Assembly: GCA_036172245.1 (NCBI GenBank)
Contig: JAYWIR010000031.1
Span: 2,108,001-2,172,000, forward strand
Reading direction: 5' to 3'
DNA length: 64,000 nt
Origin: Raillietiella orientalis
Lineage: Eukaryota
Position numbers and translations under genes: made by a program. The stretch's first letter is position 1. Every line of letters begins with the position of its first letter. The notes beneath the pieces are model-generated. The model had not been told where the DNA came from and ran no database searches. It saw only the letters and a list, made by a program, of their open reading frames with translations. This document shows, in pieces, positions 23,701-37,100 of this stretch.

Positions 23701-26700
23701 AATTAAAGACACTACTCCGGATTGCGAAAAATGATCATATCGTTTCTATTGGAAAATCATTTAATTAAACACCGTTAGTGAGTTTTCTGTTTATGTTTGC
23801 ACCGTTTTTGATATGTGTATTTTTTTTCTTAAATTTTCCTTTCTTAATTTTATACATCTTTATGTACTTACATGTACACTAATGAATAATTTATAAATGT
23901 TTCTGTAAGTATTCACATTTTTTTAAAACCATTTCAAGTTCATTGAAAACCAATCATGAATAGAAATCAAACCAATCTAGAATGGAAAAAAAAGTCCCCG
24001 ACTTACGTCAGAGCCGACTTACGACGGCGACGCCGTAATCCCATCGTAAGTCGAAGACTCCCTGTCCACAAAAACACGTGTCCTGTTTTCATCCCCTCCC
24101 CTCCCTCCGATGGGAAGCAGCTTCGAAATGGAATAGAAAAAGAAACGAAAATGTTACAGTCTCTCACATTACGATTTAAAATGAGGCGATTCATACTTCT
24201 TAATCGACTGTTTCAACTCCAAGCTTTTGAAAGCCATAATAGATTAAAGGAACAAAGAACTAGAATGGGGACCTGGCATTCCTGCATTCCACAAAATAGT
24301 CCAACTGCAAGGCACGAGGAGCTCCACTTTGCGTTTAAATTGGATTTTCCTTCTTCAGAGCACAATCTGCCGTTCCGTTTCACATACACCGTGGAAAATG
24401 GGTTTTTAGCAAAAGGCTGAGGGTGACTGATGTGATGATCCAACCTGTGAATGATGGAGAATTGTGGAAAAGCACATCTCATATGGGGTTTTGAAGAAAA
24501 CTCATTCCTCACTGCTCGTTACATGCGGTTCGAAGAAAGCCATAAATTTGCTGATAGAGCAAAAAGGGGAGGAAAGAAAAAAAAAAAAAAGGAGTGCTTT
24601 GGACTGCAAGAATTGTTAAGGACCTTCAACTTGCATTTACGAATCGAGTTCTTAATTTCGGGAATTCCTTGATTTGGGAAATCTGATGTTCACTGATGGA
24701 CTTTTTGGTGAAATGCCTTCACAAAATACAGCGTTATGAGTACCTCGAGTTTTCTTTTGGTAATTCTTAAATATTTAACAAGCCTGTAGGCGCTTTCTCT
24801 ACAACGGCTGATAATTCTCAGCAGGTAGTACGAATTCGATCCAATTCTGTTACTTCACCATTGTGCAAGAAGAAAAAAAGTGGAACCAGAAGGCAAGCTG
24901 CCGAGCTAGGTCGACGAAAACATTCTGTGAGAATAATCCGCGAAAGCAGGATTTTGCTTATGCTGTCTTCCTTTCTGTGCAAGCATCGGCCTTATTCAGG
25001 ACAGGGATGTTGTCGTGCTTTCGTTTCGAACCGAAATGGAGACATGCTGCTCTTTAGTACATTGGGACGTTTCCATCTGGTGGATGGCACCAGAAGAAGC
25101 CGAGTTTTTCTGTTCCTCCAGAGCAGCCCTTGGATCTTTCTACCTGTTCGCATCCAAACGGGGCTTTTTTCGAACATCGGGAACGTAGCGCGGCTGTAGT
25201 GGCATAGGATCCGCTCTGTACTGTTTGGTGAAAACTTTGAACCTCCTTCATATAGGTTTTTGAGAATATGGCGTGGGAGTCAAATTAGAGGTGCGGAAGC
25301 TGGAGTCCAATTGGAAGTGCTCTCCTGTTGAAAATTCAAAACTCTTACAGCATCTAGAAAACAACCGTGGTATGAATACTAGTGGTCCTTGTCATTCTGG
25401 ATCCTCTCTATCTGCTGAGACCATCTCTTCCGTGAATATTAGTGGGCGCGATGTGTCTGCATGCCGTGCGACCACAGATTGCATCGTTTAGAGGATCGAA
25501 GATCCACGTTGAGGCAGATGCAAAGTCCTGTCTGTACCATAATATCCAAAATAAGAAGGTATGCCTGCGACCCTTATCCCATGATCTTGGGATTTGAGGA
25601 TTGTTATCCCAAGGTTTTTCTGATCGGAGCGATGTGATAAAGGTACCAAACATTTGGTTTCCTGGATAATTTTGGTTCACACTAAAAAGGAAAATTTCGT
25701 GGTCAAAAGTATGGCCATCAAGTATTGAACCTTCACGGGTGAAGGTTCAATATGTGTATACATATACGTATACACACACAGAGAGAGAGACTCACTCCAA
25801 GTACTTGGACAGAGCGGTAAGAAATCCGTCGTTTCTGAGAAATGAGAAATAAGAGTGAAGGCACAAATAGTGCTTTTCTGTGTGAGCCCAATCGCTCGAT
25901 TCGGTGAAAAAGTAGGCATCTTTGTACTTTTCATTTTTGTGTTGATTTTACACTGGAAGAAAAGGAAGCCTCGTATTTGCTTTTGTCGGTTCCATACTTT
26001 CCAGTACTCTGTAGAATTGCTTTCTATTTAGCTTAAGGATTTCACGGTCTCTCCGAATGGTTTTCAGCGTTTGGTGCAAAGTACTTGGTAGGTGCACCGT
26101 TCCCATCCTCCTTATGTCTCCTGCGTTTGCCATTCTAATGATTTTGCAGGATATGTGAAATTCTGATGAATCTGTTGCAATGCAGTCGAAGTGGAGCAGT
26201 TTCACGGTTTAGTTTTCTTATAAGGTTCACCGCATTATGATTTTGCCATTTCTCTATGAAAGTTTTTTTTCTTCCTCTCTTTTTGGCTATAGAAACTGAG
26301 ACGATCAGTTCTTTGTCTGTTCATTTCTGTGGTAATGTAGTCTTGGATTTGAGAGCTCGAAAGTAAACCATCGACTTGCATCCCAGCAAACCGGAACATG
26401 TTCTTCGGCTAGGCCGTGTTCGAGACTTCCTCTCGATTGCTATGTTTTTTACTTTTATGCACAACGTCCCACCTTTTTAGGCAGTCTATCGATTCTTGTC
26501 TCGCAGAGAGCACATGAATAAAAGAACCCTTCTCCATTCTCTTTCTCTGAACAAGTGTCCCAAATCTTCGAGCTTGCTAGCTTTTGCAAACAGTTTAGTA
26601 CGTACAGTCTGAAACCACCTTTGTTATGTGAGGTCCCATCTCGAAGTCTTAAGCAAATCAGTGTGGGGTCTATCGGAGCCGCTCTTTGTCTAACAGAACC

Positions 26701-27393
26701 GCTTTCACAAACTGCTTCCAACTCGACCTCAGGCCTCAAGAATTGTTTCCGTACAGTTCAGTATTGGCTTCATAGGCAACGCTGGCATCACTTTCTTGAA
26801 AACCCACAAAGCATGCCCCGCCTTTCATAATTCCTCTTTCCCTCCCTCTCTTGCTTTTTTTTAAACGTGAAGAGGCATGAGGAATTGTTAGAATGCCTTC
26901 ATCACTCCAAACATCTATCAGAAGAACGCTATGTTAATCAGCCATTTCTATAACCGAAAGAACTGCAAATATGATTGCTCGGTAGATGTGGAGGGGGGGG
27001 GGGATTGCGTGTTGGATAACTCGGGAGTAAAGAATTCTCCATGGAATTACCATAAATTACATTGGAACTCATGTGCAGCAAAATTAACACAATAAAGTGC
27101 GTATCCTTCAATCTGTGATCTTTTCAATGTCGTACAAAAAAGAGTCCACGGGGCGTAGCGTTTTGTCATTTGAATTTGGCGCGTGTTGTCACGATTCCCA
27201 AAGTTTACTTACAGCTAAAAGCCATGATTGCTGTTGCTAGTATTCGATTTTGATTCGGGGCATTTTTTTTGTTCATTGTCCGCAAGGACTTTAAATATAT
27301 ATTTATTTATTGTACTAGAATCGAGATGACGAAAAAGCGATAACTCTGACAAGACCCATTACAGAAATCAGAAGTATTTGCGACGAGGAATAG
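20753..27393 (+). CDS. ABRA: Actin-binding Rho-activating protein-like (ABRA/STARS, Costars domain), 4 coding exons
   Basis: Exons 20753-20910 (MSDAES..QLKNPFS..DYGR), 21970-22120 (PVEGSKTDRRG..IPFKEIFQ), 22173-22265 (IYSRISNKCVGILLRARKHDLVTFEGEILLQ), 27319-27393 (NRDDEKAITLTRPI..EE*); all GT-AG and in frame. Confidence 0.92.
22829..24064 (+). mobile_element. Tigger/pogo DNA transposon, internally deleted, in ABRA intron 3
   Basis: Left TIR TA|CAGGTAGTCCTCGACTTGCGACGG; right TIR CCATCGTAAGTCGAAGACTCCCTG; CENP-B-type HTH start KKARKAFSLDVKMKVIKAYDKG (~23145) and acidic C-terminal remnant (23290-23500); no DDE core. Confidence 0.85.
24750..26900 (-). mobile_element. Decayed non-LTR retrotransposon remnant in ABRA intron 3
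   Basis: Coding-like composition, RT-like pieces (SEFHISCKIIRM; LGITILKS..HGIRVAGI) and a knuckle-like CLHRKEDSISKILLS near 24960; many stops and frameshifts. Confidence 0.35.
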
Positions 27394-29723
27394 TTGCTTC
27401 ACTCCAAAAAAAACGCCAAGTGAGAAAATGTTTTGTGTTCATTGCTAAGGAATTGCTAAGCTTAAACGCCAAAAGAGGTACCAAATGCGGTTGTAAGTGT
27501 TGCTAAATATATTTAACTTATGGTTGAGATTTAGGTAAATCTCTAATAATTGATAGGATTCATTTCATTCAATGATCTACCAAAACTAGGATTAAAACTA
27601 AAGTTTTAATTGCTTAGTCTAAAAAAATAAACATACAAAGTAATAAACATATGAAACTTCAAAGCAGTACTGGAAAACCATAGGTGTAGTCCATTAAAAT
27701 TATTTGTATTGGATAGTTCATTTGGTTTACCCTTTACACTTTGTATGCTGTAAATTGTGCTACAAGTTACTTGCTCCCTATATTACATGTACTGAATTTC
27801 ATGAGCAGCTTGTCTGGCATGAGAGCTGCTAGTCTACAAAATCGACATTAAGTATTTGGCTATGATAATAAAGAAATATCCAGTGTAATTACTTGTCTTC
27901 TGTGATTATGGGTGAATCTTACCAGGTTGCAAACTGTACTACAAAAAACCTTCAGTTATAGAAACATTATTTCTGAGAATAATGGAGTTCTACTACTTTT
28001 TTCACAAAGTTTTGTTGGAATTTGGGCGTTCAGTAACACTTTTTATCATAAAACGATGTTCATTAAACTGCTTGCCAAGCATTTGATCCTGCCCCATGCT
28101 CCATTATTCCCCATGCATTCTCATAGTTTTCGTTTTTATTTGTTTCAATTTTTAACGAGAGAGATTTTGTCTTTACTCGGAATTCTCAAATCTCTGCATA
28201 GAGTTTTAATATAGGCCTAGATCATGGGCTGAAATGACAAAATACTGTAGTCTCCTTTATGGTACTAGCAAGGTTTTATGGTTTCAAGCTTTACACTAGC
28301 TCAAGTCAATGGAAAAATTGAACCTCCATCATTCAATAAAAAACAGCACAGGACTTGATAGAAGCATTGGAATGTAAAAAATTGGATAAAAAACACTAAA
28401 TTTTATGATTTAGCATTAAAGAGGTTCCAAAGATTGAACACAGTTTTGTTGTACTATTTTTGAAACAGGTTTACAGTAAACTGAGAAACAGTTAATAGAA
28501 CAGGCTATACATAAGCACAGTCATTGCACAGAAGAGACAGAATACCATCAATTTCTTCAGTTGCAACATTCATGGTATGATCACCAAAGGTACAGATTTT
28601 TTTTCTCGAAGTGCTGAAGGATATTGGTTGCCTGATCATTAGTAATTCTTCAAGTATACTGATGAATGACGGTAAATTTCTTTCCCTTCAACTACAGTTT
28701 GTGATGGTTTCCCAAGTCTTATTTTTGGAATTTATCTTACAGCTCTATGCTCTTAAATTTCTGTAGATCTAGAACGTTCTTGAAGTTTGGTTAAGAAACT
28801 TTGGTAGGGTCCCAAGTGTTCAGTTGGCTGAGCATGCTAGAGCATAACAAGACTAATTGTAATAACCTGTTTGAGACCATCTAAAATACAACCACAAGAA
28901 TGATTTTCATCGAAAAGTTACCATTTCATTCAATAATTAAAATCAGCAGTGAAAAGGTCTCCAAACTAATGATTCTTTCTGTCACTGTATCACAAAAGTC
29001 TTTTGTGTAGTCCAAAAAGCATTTAGTCCTTTTTATGTTTTAAGACTCAAGCACCCCAACTGAATCTCAGTCAGTACTGATACGACTGATTATAATCGTC
29101 ATTTAACCAGTTTATTCAGATTCATTTTTCCAATGCATCTATTATTTTAATTGTCATGCAAAAGTACTTCTCTGTAGCTTTGTCTTCATGAATGACTAGA
29201 AGAACCATCCAACATCATGTCTGAATCTTAAATAGCACTCAAAAGATTTTTTTAGTGTACATCAGTGTACCAATTTTTGCTCTCAAACTTCTAAAAGCAT
29301 GCTCCAGCATACAACGAGTCAAAATTTCTCAACAACCAAATCGATTTAAAGCAGAATGACTTGAAGAGCTCATTATTTCATTAGATAAAGCAGGCACTAA
29401 CACCAGTTTTTGATTTTTCCCTATTGTCATTAATTTGTAAGCATCATAAGCATGCTATGACTTCATGCACTGCATAATACATAGTCCTTAACTTTTTTTG
29501 ATTACTTGAAGTATCCTTTCATCTGCACTCAAAATTTGATGCGTATTTCATGCACTGAATGTTTTCAATGAAGCAAAAACAAATGCAACTCCTCCAAAAA
29601 AGGTTTTATTAAAATGTAAGCGATGGCTTACCATAATTTTGGTAAACCACAAAACACGGAATTCATCACAGATAAACAGTTTCCTAACTGCATCCCATGA
29701 ATGAAATGGGAATACTTTTTTGT

Positions 29724-30731
29724 TCATGCGAGGAAGTTTACAAGTGCTTTTTTTATGTCCCCTGAGCATGGAAAGTAATGACCACCTGCATGTTTGATGC
29801 TTTTTGCATTTGTAAATAAACATTCTAATTCTTCACTCATTTCTATAGCAAATGGAGAAACAAACACTTATAATTTGGGAGATCACTGTATTCTTCAACG
29901 TACCTTTTGGTATGATGAAATCATTTTCACCATAGATATGTAATGTTGGAAGAGAAATAACTTTCTCAAAACAACTTTCGTGCAATTGGTTGCATGATTT
30001 AAACCCTGATATTAATATTGCAAACTGAAATGGATATTTGAATTCTAACCCAAAATGCAAGCAGGGTAAAAAGAAATTCTTAAAATGCACAATCAATCGA
30101 TTTCTTACTCTTCTGTTCTTGCAGTCCACAAAGGTTAGCAACCAATGAAGCTCCTTGACTGAAGCCAAGTAATCCATCAAAAGGTCCGAATTCCCAAAAA
30201 TAATTTTCTATCGTTTTCAAAGTTTCTTCATATCCAATGATGTCTCCTGCAGATTCACAGGGGTCAAAGCTTCCTGGGGCATTCATCCACCATGAGTAGT
30301 AATTTACTGATTCTATTTCAAATTTTGAAATGAAAAAGTCACATCATAATTTAAAATTCCAATCAAGTAAAAAATATAATTACTTAGAATGGAGAGATGA
30401 AAGAGATTATTTTTTTTTTAATTATGAACATGCGCTAGATTTGTTAACAATACCTTTCACATTTTTTATATCCAAGAACTCGTTTTCAATATGATTCGGT
30501 GCATTCACATAAAAGAACTCAAGGGAATTCTTGAAAGTTTTCCTAAATGCGCCTGTTTTCTCATAGAAGATCTTGGCGTTTTGCTTGTATCCATGAAATA
30601 ACAAAATCTAACGAAACTAGAGCATCATTTTGACAGTCAAATAAAAGATTGCATGAAGCCAAATAGATTTATTTGTCACTCATGTTGCAGCTTCCGTACT
30701 AATTCATACTCACTTTTTTCTTGGCAGACAT
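29724..30731 (-). CDS. OVCA2: OVCA2/FSH1-family serine hydrolase, 5 exons
   Basis: MSAKKK|ILLFHGYKQNAKIFYEKTGAFRK; GPFDGLLGFSQGA (nucleophile GxSxG); LPTLHIYGENDFII (Asp); HAGGHYFP (His); TGA at 29724-29726. Confidence 0.93.
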
Positions 30732-31859
30732 TTAAAGCCTCCAGTATACAAAATACGTTAAAATACTCCAAAACATGGCCATTCAAGTTTTGCTACTAAA
30801 AGTTTTTCTAGATGCCTTCCGCACATTTTCCAAGTTTCGGTCCATAATGCCAAGCACCACGGGTACCAATGGATTACCTACACAGTTTTCAATCAGCTGC
30901 TAAGAATTCAGTGATGTACAACAAATACTGTACAACGTAAGAGACAACAAATACTTTGAAAGCAATTTCGGGGAATTACAGAGAAATTAATTCTGCAAAG
31001 AAATACGACAAAGGCACAAGAACTTACTATAACGTTTCAGTTCCTTTTATACAACTTGTTTGCCTGCAAACTGTTGTACGACAGTGGGTTACGTAGTCTA
31101 ATGATTTTATCAAATTATGCAAAAAGATTTTTATCACGTCAATTTATTTACGTCAATCAGCGAAACTAATAGATTTCATCATTTTCCGAAGGTAAGGACT
31201 TTGAGTGAGTATTCACAAAGTGCAGAAAAATTATTTGCTTTGATACTCAAGAATCACATTTCATATTTGTCCACATCCATATCTTAATAATCAGAAATTC
31301 TCATGGCAGCTGCTGCAAGCAAGAATTTTCTTTTGCTCGATACACCCGTCAAAGAAATCTGGGATCCTGCACACCCCACATCTGTAAGCTTCTTCGTGCC
31401 CATCATATCTATTTTGCGTCAAAATTGTTTTGCCTTACATTATTTACACAATATTTACTTATTGTCTTTGATACTTCTGATATTAGTTCAGGTGGACAAC
31501 ACTAGATTCTCTTCCGTTCAAGGTCCGCCTCTCATTTGGTTGCTGTTAGCTGTGCTTTGCTCTTGCACAGGTTGATTGTATAATCTGTGTTAGGTAATGT
31601 AGGTTCCTGAAGAACTTCACATCTGATGTTAATTGCCTTTCTCAGAAAGATGTCAGAGATAGGCACTCATCTTCCCTGAACGTCGGCGTGCTCTTCATCA
31701 GCATCGCTTTGAAAAAGCCAGGACATGTACTGGGAACACATTTTCGACAGAATAGTAATTGGTTAAGAATGTGATGCTTAATTCTGGAATGTAAGTGGGA
31801 TAACAAGTTAATGGAAATTTTGGATAACTTTGGGGATGCTACCAAACATTTACCATATG

Positions 31860-33110
31860 TACCAAGAGGAATAAAACGGCTTTGAGAAAAAAAAAGACCA
31901 TTGAATTCTATCGTACGATTATCCCTTCACCTCAGTATCTCCGGCCAGAATTTCCACTGCGAAGTTCGTAAGTATGTAGATCATCTACTTGATAGAGCTA
32001 TAGTCATAGTCCAACATTCGGAAGATGAAGATGTAAAACTCAGTTTTCAACTCTCCGCGTGCCGTTCACAACTTGTCTGGTGGTTCTTTTGTCTATTATT
32101 TGAGTTTTGGGCCACACTAGAGATCTCCATGGTAGACGGTCAGGAGGTCATCCTGGACGTCAGTTAGTAGGCTTGCTTTCCACGGCACCGTGTCTATGGC
32201 AAACGGTCCTAATCTCTGAACTCCCCATCTCGCCCTTCTCGTCCTCTCCAAAGTTTGGTCAGGTGCTTGTCCCTGATTGCATTATGTATCTTCTGTGGGT
32301 CACCTTGTTCCAATGGCACTGCCATTGATCTATCCGGACTTATCGCGTCTTGTGCGAGAAGCATCCTTGAACTTTCTATTGAGGTAGTAAAGGTATATTT
32401 CGTAAGACGTTCCTTACCACAATGCCTCGCAAATCCCGATCTTCAAGTGTCGCCGGTGAATCAGCCACTCTACAAGAGTGTGCAATTGGAACCAAATCCA
32501 AAAGAGTTCTTGCTACTTTTTCTTTCCATGTGTCTTTGCTCCTGGAAATGATCATAAGCTGGAAGGGTTGCAATGTTTATTTCTTTTTTCAGATTGGTCA
32601 TTCCATGTGCCTTCAATGCTTGTGATGCATATAACAGATCTTCGGAGTTGTTCACCCTATGAACTGTTCTCTATGCACTGTATAGGGATACCCATCCACA
32701 ATGGTTGTTTCATATGTCCCATTTTTTGCAAGGAAAAAGTCCTTCGTTCTTGTACCTCATTCTTCACTGAGTCGTTCCATCTTAACCCTTACCTTCTTGG
32801 CTCTTCACCCTAGACCCCGCTTGATTTTGGAAATTTCTTCTTATGCTGTGCTATGCTTGGAAAGAGCTCCGCTCTGTAAGAAATCTTGGAAAAAAGAAGC
32901 CCTTTTAGAGATTCGTTCTTTCGTCATGGAAACAGTCATACCAGTAACTGTGAGGTTTTTGCGTCAACACACACACTTCTTTCCACTAGGTTTCTGTCTT
33001 TCTAAGAGGTAGACTCCCAGGTACTTTATCTCTTCCTGTTTCTGGAAACCTATCCTTTCGAGTATCGCGATGATCTCGTTACTCACTGATTACCCCCGCA
33101 TCATGCAAAT
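31860..33110 (-). mobile_element. Decayed L1/Tx1-like ORF2 3' portion
   Basis: RT motif EEIKYLGVYL near 33030-33010 followed by a broken ORF with a weak knuckle-like stretch near 32450. Confidence 0.5.
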
Positions 33111-33124
33111 GAATTCCTATTCCC

Positions 33125-34050
33125 TCACATAACAATATCTACGACTCGAATGCGGCGTGAAGCTGCAAGTGATCTGAAACCAATGTCCCTATAGCAAATG
33201 CTAACCCAATAAATATTATACCCGTTGACTCAACGTCGAACAGGAATTCATCTTTTTCACACCAACTTCTATTCTTCCCATAATCCCAGAGCATACTATC
33301 TACTATCGTCATTATGCCAATATTAATTATTGCGTTAGCCATCATGCCCATTCCATTGAATGCATGCCCTCAGCAACCAAAGTGGACGAACACCAAAGCA
33401 GATATCGTCGTAGGTGCCGCCACAGCTTCAGAGTAATCAAGCACGAAATGGCAACCGCCATTTCGTGCCTACTCTTCGTAGTCCTTCTCCTTCATATAAC
33501 TACACAGAAATATCAACTGCCAACCTTGGAGAGAGCATATAATTTCAAGAACCCTCGAATACCATCCTTCCAACACCCATCAACAAAATTCGATCCCCAC
33601 TACGATCACTCAAAAACGTAATCAAAGCTCTACAACTGGAACCACGACTTGTGTTACAAATCAGTAGACAATAAAAAAATAATCCCCAATCCATCTCATT
33701 CTAAAACATTACTCATTACCCTTCTACTTATAATTAATAATACCATCCTCACTACAAATGAAAACTACAAAACATTGAAACGCTATTCTGTCTTCATTCT
33801 ATATAATCTCAACTATGAAACGTAACTAATAAAGATACTACGAGAGCATACCAAGCTAATTGCAAACATTTATGATCAAAAAAATAAACAATATTCCTTA
33901 TTCGAATGCCCCCCTCCCCCGCTCTCAGAATCACCCCCTCTAATACTATGACTCGATCCTTACACACAACTCACAAACCCACATTCACAACCACCACCCC
34001 ATCTAGTCCTCGTACATAAATCAAAGCCAAACACCACCTACGATACCAAA
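33125..34050 (-). pseudogene. nad5: NUMT: decayed mitochondrial NADH dehydrogenase subunit 5, N-terminal half
   Basis: With TGA=Trp: WDGLGII (~33695), xRxGD (~33600), TKS..LPFRAWL.EAVAAPTTISALV.SSTLV (33480-33375), STLSQ.GMMF (~33240), HLQLHAAFES (~33170). ND5 motifs in correct order, strong G+T strand skew, multiple frameshifts. Confidence 0.9.
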
Positions 34051-34149
34051 AATCGGCGGTCTCGTTAAAGTACTTTGAAACCTATACATAATTGTTATCG
34101 TACTAGCCATCGCACAAATAACGCTAAGATGCAAATTTTTCAGCATTAC

Positions 34150-37100
34150 CATCTCTGTAGAAATCGCTGAAGGAGGGAGGATGGCAAGAGGTCTCCCCCC
34201 TGCCTCTTCCAGATACAGAAAATCCGATTCTTGTAGGTTGATGTTCGCATCCAGGCATCATGCCATGTTTTCTATAATATCACTTTTTGGTCGCAGATAT
34301 CGGCCTGGAACACCAGATCCTATGAGCAGACCGGGGGTCGAAACCACTGCTCACCGATTTCCAGTCTTTACAATCCTCGGGGTCTCCGTGAGCGCCAATG
34401 CTACTCCCATGTGTATCAGGAAGAGCTACAGATTCATTGCAACTTCCTCTTTGAATCCTAGCTTCGTTCTGATTTTATTTGAGCTCATGCTGCTCATTGA
34501 AATGATGAAACAGGCGTCATCGAGCAAATATCTCAAGAGAAAAAATTGTAGCTAGCCCTAGTTTAACCAGGTAGTTCTAGTTCTTCATGCCCGTGTGTGT
34601 GTGTGTGGGGGGGAACAGTGCTGTGTTTTGGTTGCACTTACGACAACTTGGAATAAATTAAATGTTCTCTCACATGTACCGTCCTAGGATGAAATGCGTC
34701 TGTCACAGTTGCCATCTTATGTGCTACCCACTTCAGGAGGTTCTCTCGCACGATTTTTCCAACCACCTGGCAACATGCTGAGACCGGAAATGGACTCTCA
34801 GTGAAAGTCCTTGGCGAGGTCTCCATCTTTTAGAATAGCAGCGTGAAGCCTTGACATAAGGAAGATGAGCATGTTCCTTCCTCATGGATTCTTAGTTTTT
34901 CAGTCAGGACTACGTAGACATCAAGATGTGCCTAAGGCACTAAATGGAGATTGATCGAAACGGACCTATACAACTTTCTTCATCAGGTTATATGCTCGTA
35001 AAAAACACTGTCTAGATACCTTCATCGTTGAGATGGTTACAGACCAGGAATAAGATCGTGTCCTGCTGAGTGAGTTCCTCTGAATCCTAACTGTAGAGTC
35101 TGTCCTAGTAGTACTTGAATTTTGGAGCGTCATCTTCGTTGACACGTTCTACTTCGCACTCTATTTGGAAACTGTCATAAACGTTCGGCTTTTCGAGTAC
35201 TCCCACGCGTCGTTTCCCGTGAGAGCTGACGAACTCTTCTTGGAATTCGTGGTGAATCTGGTTATGAATCTGGTGAATGTTATGAATCTGGTTGTATAGA
35301 GATCTGAATGTATGCTTGTTGTCAAAGCTGAACATTTCCGTGATCCATCTCCGGGAAGAGATGGACTGTTTGTTTGAGGCACCTCCCAATCATCGACCTT
35401 CTGGATGGTGGCAGCGAAAGGTCAAGTGGAACAGGTCCTATTGGATCGGACAGATCTCGCTCAAAGATCAGCTCTTCCTAGAGCAGGATTCCGAGATTCT
35501 CGATCTCCATCCCGAACCATTTCGACCGAACACAGAGAGACCATTACCCTCCTCCAATCTGGTTCCAAAAATTCGAAGATAAAAGAACATGATCGATGCT
35601 GCTGGAGTTTGTGCTCAGAACTCGTCTTCTAGGTGACAGTTAGTCTTCATCTCCAGTCAGGTTATAGGTCATAGGCGGTTGTTCAAATCGGCATTCAGAT
35701 AGCTTTCCCGGATGAAAAAGTCCTTTGATGCGGGCCCCTCCTTGCTCATGAGGAGTAGTAAGCAGCTCTGCTTTCTCTTGTATGGTCTTTACACGTTCCC
35801 CAGGGAATCCAACAGGAAATTTGCGAGGCTTTCACCCTAACATGAAACGTTTGTCCCACAGAATAAAATCTTCCAGAATAGAAGATGGGAGCTCATTCTT
35901 TACGTGGATCGTCGCCCCTCGTCGTGTGTCGCATTCTCTGACTACTAAAGACTTGAGCATTCACGAGCCGTTGCAGCTCTCCTTCATGATCTCCTCAAAA
36001 GAATTCTGAGTCTCTTGCAGGCACTCGATGCTGAATTGTTTGATTCTCTGAATGATTCTTCGATGCTTTGCAGATCCCCATAAGGCGAAATTGAGTTTTT
36101 TTCTTTTTTTTTTCTTTGCAGCGACAAATGCACTGCCATTGCTGGGTAGGCAGAAAGTTTGCGCTCCTCTGAATAGGCAAACCCTTTTGTCAGTATGTGA
36201 AACTTCCTATAGATGCTGTAAATATCTCCCCAGCTGCTACACACTTCAACTTCATTGGTCTCTCCAAATAAGGTAGATCGTGAAGATCCTGGTTACATGT
36301 AGCCTTGTCTTCCTCTATCCAGGACAGTCTTGTGTGCCTCCTCGAAGACCTTAGTGACAGTCTTGGGAGGGTGTAAATTCAATTTTGCACCCAACTCTCT
36401 ACCAGTGTGACCATTATATTTGGTACGTCCAACTGTCCTTTTCTATGAAGTTTGAGAGTAGATCAGGCCAGCTTCTCTATTGCTTGTCGACCATGTGTTG
36501 TTGGCCGGCGTGGGGTAGTTAAGCGAAATCTTCCAGCGCTCGACCTTTTTGGATGGTACCCTGAGCTTCACTGAAGAGCTTGCCACCATCTCTATCTGAG
36601 ACTCCGGCGCTGAGGCGCTTTAGGCGCTACTCCACAGAAAGATCCTCAAGCTTCTTCCTCTTTCCTTTGCGAGGTTTCCCGAGCAGCCTGATTCTAAAAT
36701 TTCCTCAAGGATTTGTTTGGGAGGAATGTCCACGTCTGGGCCGTTGTCCCTGCTTTTATCCCTCTTCGAGTGGCTTGTCGGGAACGCCACCTATCAACTG
36801 CTTCCAGGCCATTTATTTGGGACTCTTGCACATGGTGCTGCTTAAGGAGCCATGCAAAGTACCATCTTAATGATGTCTCTCGGCGTTGGTGAGGTGGTCT
36901 TGCTTACTGTACCTGGTGCACCTTCGGATTGGGTACGCGGTCCTGAGATGCAAGAAACTCATGCTTTCTGCAGCTACTTTTTGTGAGTGGCACTTCAGAG
37001 ACGTGAGTGCCATCTGGAGTGTACTCCAGATGTGAGCGTCCATGTATAACAAGATCTTCAGTAGATATCTCTCGAGAGGATCTCATCTTGTACGTTCTTC

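Noticed and set aside
31640..31850. PKLSKISINLLS, hAT dimerisation-like on the minus strand
   Set aside because: Similarity too short and no TIRs seen.
35250..35296. Imperfect TGAATCTGG tandem repeats
   Set aside because: Local slippage inside a decayed LINE; no unique spacers, not CRISPR-like.
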